A DNA stretch of 42,439 bases from Chloroflexota bacterium (lineage in GTDB: Bacteria; Chloroflexota; Anaerolineae; 4572-78): positions 11,559 through 53,997 of the forward strand of contig DUEH01000001.1 of assembly GCA_011192195.1 (NCBI GenBank), read 5' to 3'. Below are positions 1 through 6,913 of this stretch, in pieces. Below the pieces are notes generated by a model. That model had not been told where the DNA came from. It saw only the letters and a program-made list of their open reading frames with translations, and ran no database searches. Positions within the stretch are counted from its first letter, which is position 1. Each line of letters begins with the position of its first letter. The position numbers were made by a program, and so were the translations under genes.

Positions 1-105
1 AACCACGAATAGCGCTAATTTACACGAATATAAAAATTAAAAATTAGTGAAAATTCGTGTTATTCGTGCTTAAAAATGTCTTTCCCATTGAACGGCCCCA
101 GCGCC
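1..105. repeat. 105-bp dispersed repeat, family A copy 1; the window begins exactly at its first base
   Basis: 1-105 aligns base for base with 18760-18864, with 3 mismatches by eye. It contains an internal inverted repeat AACCACGAATA ... TATTCGTG(c/g)TT. Confidence 0.85.
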
Positions 106-675
106 TTTAATTCGCGTAATTTGCGCAATTCGATGCCCCGGTTTCTTTTGTTGTTATGTGTGACTTTTGCGGAACTGCCAAAAAAGTGATACAGAGATTC
201 ACGGAGAATGCACAGAGAACACTGAGAAAAGCAAAGAATTTAAAAATTCGGTGTATCTCGGTGTCTCCCTTGAAAATAGCGTGTTTGTAGTGAGGTACGT
301 AATGCAGTGGAGTACCGTAAAACGCCACTTCGCTGTCGCTGCGAGGCTCACTACGAGCAATTTTCATTCGCTGTGGTGTGCCCCAGGCTCATGATAACTC
401 CTCTGTGTTTTCTGTGTAACTGCTTTTCTTGCTCACTGTACAAGCCTGCCCTGAGTATAACCGAAGGGAAATCAACTGGAAAGCGCCTAATCTATTTCCA
501 TACCAGGCTGGAAATAAAATAATTGATTGTTGAATTGGCGAATAGTTAATAAACTACGCTGATGACGTTAACAATTCAATAATTAATCAATTCACAAATT
601 AGTTATTTGTTTTCAAAATCGGTAATTTTTTGTCGATAGAAAAGCCCTAAGACGCTAATGAGCACTGAGGACTAA

Positions 676-1521
676 ATGACAGACATTCCTCCGGACTTCA
701 CCCCTGAACATCTTCCCGAACCCGCCCCTCGTTTGAGCCGCTTTGCCTGGTTGCTTCTTGGGATTTCGGTGTTGGTGATAGCGACTTTTATTCTTGCGCC
801 GCCCTGGTCATTAATGGGGAAGGCGGATGTGGTGGGCAAGGGGATTTGCCACCAGATACCGTCGCACTCCCTGTTTTTCAATAATCAGCAGTTGCCCTTG
901 TGCGCGCGCTGCACCGGCATTTATTTGGGCGCGTTGTGGGGATTTATATTGATGATGATTTTGGGGCGATTTCGCGCCATTCGCTGGCCGTCTGCGCCAA
1001 TTTTGGCAATTTTGATCAGCTTTACCGCTTTGATGGGCATTGATGGCGTCAATTCTTATATCGGTTTCTTTCCGGCGCTGCCGCGTTTTTATGAATCGCA
1101 AAATTGGCTGCGTCTGGTGACGGGAACTATGCACGGCTTGACAATGAGCGTCATTCTGCTGCCCATCATCAGCGAAAGCCTGTGGCATCCCAGTTTGCTT
1201 AAGAATGAGCCGGTCATCAGGAATTTCAAGGATTTTGCTATGTTAGTGGCGGGCGCGGCAGTCATTATTTTGATTGTTTTGACCGGACAGCCTTTTTTGC
1301 TCTATCCACTGTCATTTTTGACTACCATAACAGTGTTGCTGATGCTGGCCTCGGTTTTTACCGTGTTTGCGCTTTTTGCGACCGGTCAAATGAGTTCCGC
1401 CCGCACCTGGCAAGACACGCTCCCCTCTCTGGCAATAGGTTTAGCGGGCGCTATTTTGATCATCGGGGGGATGTATTTTCTGCGCGTCAGTTTGATTGGC
1501 GACGCGCCGTTGGCGTTTTAA
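676..1521 (+). CDS. DUF2085-family polytopic membrane protein
   Basis: Multiple hydrophobic helices. The motif CHQIPSHS...PLCARCTGIYLG is as I remember it for DUF2085. Starts at an ATG. Confidence 0.6.
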   Translation: MTDIPPDFTPEHLPEPAPRLSRFAWLLLGISVLVIATFILAPPWSLMGKADVVGKGICHQIPSHSLFFNNQQLPLCARCTGIYLGALWGFILMMILGRFRAIRWPSAPILAILISFTALMGIDGVNSYIGFFPALPRFYESQNWLRLVTGTMHGLTMSVILLPIISESLWHPSLLKNEPVIRNFKDFAMLVAGAAVIILIVLTGQPFLLYPLSFLTTITVLLMLASVFTVFALFATGQMSSARTWQDTLPSLAIGLAGAILIIGGMYFLRVSLIGDAPLAF

Positions 1522-3735
1522 TTCCAACCAGCTTTGCAGCGCAAACCAGGGCGAAGCGGGCTGGTTGGGCGGCTTTTGGCCGAACTGCCGCCCGGTATTC
1601 CAGGTGACAACCAACTCTTGTTTGGCGCGGGTGAGGCCGACGTAAAAGAGGCGTAAGCGTTCTTTTACCAGCTCTGCCCGCGCTTGCTCTGTGGCCTCTC
1701 CTTCAAGATATTCTTTCCCCAACTCCACCGCCGATAACTGCGCCAGCGTTTCCGCTTCCAGATTTAGCGCGTCGCGGATGAACCATTTTTCAGAAAAATA
1801 TTGATCCTGCGGCTGCCCGGAGGGGAAATTGTAGTTATTCACGCCCATCAGGTACACCCTGTCCCATTCCAGGCCTTTGGCGCGGTGCATTGTAGCCACG
1901 GTCACTTTGCCGGGCGGCGGTTCAAAACCTATATCCTCTTCTTCAAAGCCAATAAAGCGACGCTGATTGCGGGCAATCTGGCTCAATTCTTCGATGAAAT
2001 GAGGCAGTCGCCAGTCCGGGTGTTCGCGGGCGGCTTGACGCAGCACCAGCGCGAATTTGTGGGTCAGCGCCAAATCGCTGGGCTGGTCAAAGAGGTCCTG
2101 GCCCAGTCGCAGCAACAGTTGGTCAATGGGCAAAATGGCGGCGGCGTGCCACACCTGCACCAACGCGCGAAACTCGGTGAGCAGGGCGTGGACTTCCACA
2201 TCGGCCAGCATTTCTTCGTTATCGTCCAGCCAATCGTGACCGGGGCGCGGCCAGAGATAGTCTTCCGTCTTTCTCAGAGATTGCAGCGCGCGTTCTACCC
2301 TTTCAAAGAGCGGCGCGGCTTCTTCGATATCCCATTCGTGGCGTTTCCAGACGCGAAAGAGGGTGGCAAGTTGTTTGGCGTCGGTGGGCTTGGAGAGGTG
2401 TTTCAGGGTGTTAGCCAGCACGCCGGCGGCGCTGCGCGTGGTAGAAGCGCTGTTGAGCAATTCCACGTAAGGCGCATTAAGACGTTTTAAGACGTTGGCA
2501 ACGTCAAAGCCCTTTTTATTGCGTGGAACCAGAATGGCGGCAGTCTGCTCCGGGTAATTTTCCAGCCACTTTTTGACGGAAAAGGTCACGGCTTCCAGCT
2601 CCTTTTCCGGGCTGAATTTGTTCTCCGGAAAGTAGATTTCATCCGGTTTGTCGGGCGGGTTGGGTTGCGGGTCATCGGGCGGGGTGGGCTGGATGAGGGG
2701 CGGGTTCAGGGCGCGGCGAGCGGCGGGCGTGGGGTGTTCACCGCGCGTCCATTCGATGAGGTGGTTTGCCAGTTGGATGACGCTGGCGCTGGATCGGCCT
2801 GATTCTGGCATTGGCAGGCTGCGGACCTTCTCTTCGGCCAGAAAATTGAGCAGGTTTTCCGGTTTGGCGGTGGTGAAGGTTTCGTAAATGGCCTGATTCG
2901 GGTCGCCGACGCGCGCCCAGTTGCCGCTTGCTCCGGCCAGATTACGCAAAATACGTTCTTGCAGCAAGCTGCTGTCCTGCGCTTCGTCTTCCAGAATGAA
3001 GGGCCATTTGCGACGCAATCTGGCGGCAAATTCCGAATCCAGATCCAGCGCCAGCGAAGCCAGTCGAATCAGATCGTCAAAATCCACGCCGGTACGGGCC
3101 AACCGCGCCTGATATTCGCGGTAGATGTCCAGCCCCAACTTAGCCAGGGGGAGGTCCTGGTCGCTCTGACGGTAATAATCAGCCAGGGCGACGGGGGTGA
3201 GTTGGCGGTCTTTGGCGCGTTTGATGAAGGTTTGGGCAATGGAGCGCACCAGCGCGGGGATGTCTTTGCGCCGAAGTCTTTGCACTTGCGCTTCGCCCAG
3301 ACTGGGGTTGAGATACTCTTCCACCAGCGTCGAGTGTCCGGCCAGCCAGCCGTCCGTTACTTCGGATAGCAATTGCCCGGCGGCGCGATCATCAACAATA
3401 TCAAAGTCCGCATCCAGACCCACCAGCGATGGCCGCTCGCGCACAATATCGTAGGCCAGCGAGTGCAGGGTGCTAACGCGATAGCCCATTCCGGCCAGCA
3501 GTCCCGCTTCGCGCACAAAGCCGTCAATGCGGCGGCGAAAATTATCAACGGCGGCATTGACCAGCGTGACAATCAATACTTCTTGCTCATCGTTGACCTG
3601 GGTGATCAGCTTTGAGGCCAAATAAGAAAGAATATGCGTTTTGCCGCTTCCCGGTACGGCAGACACGCCCATAAAACCGCCGTGTTGGGCGTATTCCAGG
3701 ATTTTCTTTTGAGAAGGGCGAGGGACGAAGGGCAT
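1441..3735 (-). CDS. UvrD/Rep/PcrA-family ATP-dependent DNA helicase
   Basis: Walker A AVPGSGKTH, motif II ILEDEAQDSS, motif III VGDPNQAIY, motif V TMHRAKGLEWD and motif VI YVGLTRAK are all present and in order. Confidence 0.85.
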   Translation of the reverse strand: MPFVPRPSQKKILEYAQHGGFMGVSAVPGSGKTHILSYLASKLITQVNDEQEVLIVTLVNAAVDNFRRRIDGFVREAGLLAGMGYRVSTLHSLAYDIVRERPSLVGLDADFDIVDDRAAGQLLSEVTDGWLAGHSTLVEEYLNPSLGEAQVQRLRRKDIPALVRSIAQTFIKRAKDRQLTPVALADYYRQSDQDLPLAKLGLDIYREYQARLARTGVDFDDLIRLASLALDLDSEFAARLRRKWPFILEDEAQDSSLLQERILRNLAGASGNWARVGDPNQAIYETFTTAKPENLLNFLAEEKVRSLPMPESGRSSASVIQLANHLIEWTRGEHPTPAARRALNPPLIQPTPPDDPQPNPPDKPDEIYFPENKFSPEKELEAVTFSVKKWLENYPEQTAAILVPRNKKGFDVANVLKRLNAPYVELLNSASTTRSAAGVLANTLKHLSKPTDAKQLATLFRVWKRHEWDIEEAAPLFERVERALQSLRKTEDYLWPRPGHDWLDDNEEMLADVEVHALLTEFRALVQVWHAAAILPIDQLLLRLGQDLFDQPSDLALTHKFALVLRQAAREHPDWRLPHFIEELSQIARNQRRFIGFEEEDIGFEPPPGKVTVATMHRAKGLEWDRVYLMGVNNYNFPSGQPQDQYFSEKWFIRDALNLEAETLAQLSAVELGKEYLEGEATEQARAELVKERLRLFYVGLTRAKQELVVTWNTGRQFGQKPPNQPASPWFALQSWLELKRQRRVANQTDAQKIHPPDDQNSAR

Positions 3736-3737
3736 AA

Positions 3738-3828
3738 TTGTGAATGGCGAATGGCGAATGGCGAATGGCGAATGGTGAATTGTGAATTGTGAATTGTGAA
3801 TGGTGAATTGTGAAGTATGAAGTATGAA
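3738..3828. repeat. 13 tandem heptamers (TKGYGAA: TTGTGAA, TGGCGAA x4, TGGTGAA, ...)
   Basis: Read directly as exact period-7 units. A partial inverted copy (TTCACAATTCATAA) lies at 3849-3862 and overlaps the stop codon of the 3860-4399 gene, so a hairpin is possible. The array lies between that stop and the helicase start. Confidence 0.9.
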
Positions 3829-3859
3829 TAGCCTTCGTTCACGATCAGCAATTTATCAT

Positions 3860-4399
3860 TCACAATTCATAATTATTTCCGGTTTTTAGCAGGTGCCACA
3901 GACGTTCTGGTTTGTACAACTTGTTGCGTACTACAAAAAGCAACGCCGCCAGCAGACCCCCCAACTCCCAGGCCCACAAATCAGGTCGTTTGGTGAAGGC
4001 GCGCCAGTAGGCCAGTTTGATGTCTTCCTGTTCGCTGCCTTGTTTGCCCCAGGCGTGGAATTTCCAGCCGCGGAAAGGCCAGTACCAGGTATCGTGAAAG
4101 AACCACAGGCGGTCAAGGATGGCGTGGCCGTTGAAGGCCAGCGCGTAGGGCCACCAGCGCGGTTTTTTCCACGCGGTGAAGAGAAAAAGCCCCAAATGTA
4201 CAATTAGCGTATGGGCAAACAGCACCGCCGATTTGTATTTTCGGTAGAAGTACAGCGCGGCCAGCGGTTTGTCCAGTAAATCCGGCCCTGTTGCCGCCAG
4301 CGCAATCAGGCGATAGTCAACTTTTTTTAGCGCGGGGATTCGGTCTTTCAGCAAATCCACCGCCGCGATGGTGTAGCTTATGTGGCTTTGTGGAAGCAT
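3860..4399 (-). CDS. small membrane protein, possibly a DUF457/YdjM-like membrane-bound metal-dependent hydrolase
   Basis: Hydrophobic segments plus GPDLLDKP and FAHT motifs resembling the DUF457 Asp/His motifs. The resemblance is weak. Confidence 0.35.
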   Translation of the reverse strand: MLPQSHISYTIAAVDLLKDRIPALKKVDYRLIALAATGPDLLDKPLAALYFYRKYKSAVLFAHTLIVHLGLFLFTAWKKPRWWPYALAFNGHAILDRLWFFHDTWYWPFRGWKFHAWGKQGSEQEDIKLAYWRAFTKRPDLWAWELGGLLAALLFVVRNKLYKPERLWHLLKTGNNYEL

Positions 4400-4403
4400 A
4401 TTT

Positions 4404-4469
4404 TGGTTTCAGGTTTCAAGTTTCGGGGTTTGAGTTTAATCGTCAATCCAAAATCGTCAATCGTAAATC
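4404..4469. repeat. period-7 tandem array (GGTTTCA-like units followed by TCGTCAA/TCGTAAA units)
   Basis: Read directly. The last unit supplies the stop codon of the methyltransferase (TGA on the minus strand at 4468-4470). It shares AAATCGT/AAATCCA words with the array at 11663-11697. Confidence 0.8.
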
Positions 4470-5619
4470 ACCTGGGTCTTTCGCCGTAGTATTGGTAATA
4501 CTCTACTTCAATAGCGCCGTTGTATAATTTTCTGCTGCGGTCAGGCCAGGCGCGTTTGAAATATTTGGGAAACATTTTATCGGCGGTCAAAACGTACAGC
4601 GACCAGCCTTTTTTCTTCTTGAAAGTTTTGTTGATAGAAATATAAAGCTGATTCAACTCCTGAAAATCAGACATCTTCAAACCGTAGGGAAAGTTTGAGA
4701 TGATGATGCCGTACTGTTGATCAATCCACAGATTGCGGATGTCTTTTTGCTGAAAGATAATATCATCGCCCACGCCGGCGTTCTCGGCGTTGGTTTTACT
4801 GGCGATAATGCTCTGTTCGTCAATATCGTAGCCGTAGATTTGCAGATTGAGGTCAGTGCGAATAGCGTCGCGGGCGGCGCGTCTGGCTCTGCGCCAGACT
4901 CTTTTGCCAATGGCGGGCCATTTTTCTGAAGCAAAGCTGCGGTGTAAGCCGGGAGCCATATTGCGGGCTATCATTGCCGCCTCAATTAAAATAGTTCCTG
5001 AGCCGCACATAGGGTCAATCAACAGGCGGCCTTTGTTCCAGTAACTAAGCTGAACCAGTCCGGCGGCCAGCGTTTCTTTGAGGGGCGCTTCGCCTGTCAA
5101 CGCCCGGTAGCCTCTTTTGTGCAAGCCTGAGCCGGAGGTGTCAATAGTCAGAGTGGCAATGTCCTTTAATATCGAGACCTGAATGGTAAATTCCGGGCCG
5201 CTTTCCGTGAACCAGTCGGTGTGGCAGGCTGTTTTCAGGCGTTCTACAACCGCTTTTTTGACAATGGACTGACAGGCTCTAACGCTGCCCAACGTAGATT
5301 TTAGCGATTTTCCGGTGACGGTGAACTTGCCGTCTTCGGTGATCCAGTCTTCCCAGGGCAGGGTTTTTGTCTCCTCAAAAAGCTCATTAAAGGTGACTGC
5401 CGAAAATTCGCCCAATTTCAGGCGCACTCTGTCCGCGCTTCTGAGCCATAAATTGACGGTGGGGATGTCTTGCGGTGTGGCGGTGAATTCTACTTTGCCG
5501 TTGACCACGCGCTCAACCTCAAAGCCTAAAGCTTGCACTTCGCGCTTAACTACTGCTTCCAGGCCAAAGGTCATTGTGGCTATCAAGGTTATTTGTGTGG
5601 GGGAGGATTGTTTTTTCAT
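4468..5619 (-). CDS. THUMP-domain class I SAM-dependent RNA methyltransferase (COG0116, RlmL/YpsC-like)
   Basis: N-terminal THUMP-like region, SAM motif I DPMCGSGTILIEAA, and catalytic NPPY-type motif NFPYG. Confidence 0.8.
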   Translation of the reverse strand: MKKQSSPTQITLIATMTFGLEAVVKREVQALGFEVERVVNGKVEFTATPQDIPTVNLWLRSADRVRLKLGEFSAVTFNELFEETKTLPWEDWITEDGKFTVTGKSLKSTLGSVRACQSIVKKAVVERLKTACHTDWFTESGPEFTIQVSILKDIATLTIDTSGSGLHKRGYRALTGEAPLKETLAAGLVQLSYWNKGRLLIDPMCGSGTILIEAAMIARNMAPGLHRSFASEKWPAIGKRVWRRARRAARDAIRTDLNLQIYGYDIDEQSIIASKTNAENAGVGDDIIFQQKDIRNLWIDQQYGIIISNFPYGLKMSDFQELNQLYISINKTFKKKKGWSLYVLTADKMFPKYFKRAWPDRSRKLYNGAIEVEYYQYYGERPR

Positions 5620-5692
5620 TTGCCGTAAATCTTACACCAAGAGGAGATTCTTGTCATATTAGCGTACTGCTGAAATTTATCATCGGCGTATT

Positions 5693-5720
5693 TTGACAAA
5701 AAGTGATATATCTATATAAT
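5693..5720 (+). promoter_or_regulatory. near-consensus sigma70-type promoter
   Basis: TTGACA (5693-5698), a 16-nt spacer, then TATAAT (5715-5720). It lies about 240 nt upstream of the recombinase-rpoC gene pair. Confidence 0.4.
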
Positions 5721-5814
5721 TATTGCGTATAAGGTAAGGATTGACAGGTTTCGCAGGGGAAATACGGCGGCTTTTATTGAAAAGTCGCTTTTTCGTGTCT
5801 AAGAAGAATTGTAT

Positions 5815-5941
5815 CTACTCACCCCCCTCCAAACCTCCCCCCGAAATCAAGGGGAGGCTTTTAAACTTCCCCCTGACAACGGGGGGAGAGCCTGCCCCGC
5901 TTTATCGGGCATTGAGGGGGGTAGGTTGAGCAGTAACGAAG
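5815..5941. repeat. about 125-bp dispersed repeat, family B copy 1 (C/G-run hairpin element)
   Basis: Near-identical to 41791-41915 with a few substitutions and two 1-nt indels. C-rich left end CTCACCCCCCTC and G-rich right end GAGGGGGGTAGGTTGAG are inverted. ORF 5741-5929 is only its translation. Confidence 0.85.
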
Positions 5942-5957
5942 AATTTACCGCAGGGAC

Positions 5958-6845
5958 TTGACCTTGGCCGAGCGCAATGACATTATCCTAAATCAATTTG
6001 AAGAGTACCTTACACAAATTGCGCTATCGCCGGCGACAATTACCAACTACCTGGCCGATATGCGCAATTTTGTGCGGTGGGGCAAAAAGACTTACGGGGA
6101 TGATTTCTCCCTGATCACCGTTGCTCCTGAACAAATCCGCGCTTATCGAAACCATCTTCTTGAAGAGCAAAAACGCGCCGCCTCAACCGTCAATCGCCAT
6201 TTGCAGGCTTTGAGAAAATGTTGCGCTTATCTGACCCAGACTAACCTGTCTCCCATCAATGCGGCAGAAGAAATATCCCTTGTTTCCGGCGAAAAAGGAA
6301 CATCCCCCCAGTCGCTATCAGCCAAAGATGTGGAAGCCTTTTTGGAGGCGGCCTATCAGACCCTCTCTTCTATTGCCAAACGAGACGCGGCCATTGTCAA
6401 TTTACTGGTTGGCGCGGGCTTGCGTTTGGCAGAAGTGAGCGGCTTGCAACTGGATGACGTGGTTTTTGATTATCCGGGCGTCCATCTGGCTGTCAGAGAC
6501 AGTCGGGGACAGGGGAAAAGAGATATTCCGCTTTCTCAGGAAATTTACAAGCTGTTGAAGGAGTGGTTGCTCATTCGGCCCAAAACTTCCTTTCCTTATG
6601 TTTTTTTAAGCCGGGAAGCCAATCCTGTCTCAAGCAGAACTGTTCAACATATTGTCAGTCGCTGCGCCAAAACCGCCAGACTAAATGGCGTTACGGCGCA
6701 ATTGCTGCGGCGCACTTACGCCCTTCGTTTACTGGAGGAAACAGGTGACTTAGACCTGGTTCAACAGAGATTAGGGCATCGGGACTCCGGAGTTACAAAG
6801 CGTTACCTGAATATTGAAAATCCACAGACAGACGCAGATGGATAG
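5958..6845 (+). CDS. tyrosine recombinase / phage-integrase family (XerC/XerD-like)
   Basis: N-terminal SAM-like core-binding region (LSPATITNYLADMRNFVRW). Catalytic-domain motifs GAGLRLAEV, LLRRTYA and LGHRDSGVTKRYL include the terminal Tyr. TTG start, so the start is uncertain. Confidence 0.75.
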   Translation: MTLAERNDIILNQFEEYLTQIALSPATITNYLADMRNFVRWGKKTYGDDFSLITVAPEQIRAYRNHLLEEQKRAASTVNRHLQALRKCCAYLTQTNLSPINAAEEISLVSGEKGTSPQSLSAKDVEAFLEAAYQTLSSIAKRDAAIVNLLVGAGLRLAEVSGLQLDDVVFDYPGVHLAVRDSRGQGKRDIPLSQEIYKLLKEWLLIRPKTSFPYVFLSREANPVSSRTVQHIVSRCAKTARLNGVTAQLLRRTYALRLLEETGDLDLVQQRLGHRDSGVTKRYLNIENPQTDADG

Positions 6846-6913
6846 ATAAAAAATTTATTGGAGATAAGCTGACCGCTGATGGCTGACAGCTTGTTTCACA
6901 AGGAGAATGATAA

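Noticed and set aside
107-522. Three small overlapping ORFs (86, 75 and 71 aa)
   Set aside because: They overlap one another in a repeat-rich, AT-richer region. Their peptides look like translations of repeat words (TEIHGECTENTEK). They have no RBS or start context and no motifs.
523-610. AT-rich inverted repeat with the phrase AACTACGCTGATGACG..TAA, checked as a possible tmRNA tag region or other housekeeping RNA
   Set aside because: There is no tRNA-like acceptor/T-arm or pseudoknot context, and no RNase P, SRP or 6S signature strings nearby. I treat it as a plain hairpin.
3738-3828. Possible CRISPR array. The same question arose for the 12-bp units at 24227-24346.
   Set aside because: The units are contiguous 7-bp or 12-bp tandem repeats with no spacers. 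The second set is in-frame coding sequence. No cas genes are present in the window.
5741-5929. 62-aa ORF (..PPSKPPPEIKGRLLNFPLTTGGEPAPLYRALRGVG)
   Set aside because: It is simply a translation of the family B repeat. The same DNA occurs at 41791-41915 in a non-coding context.
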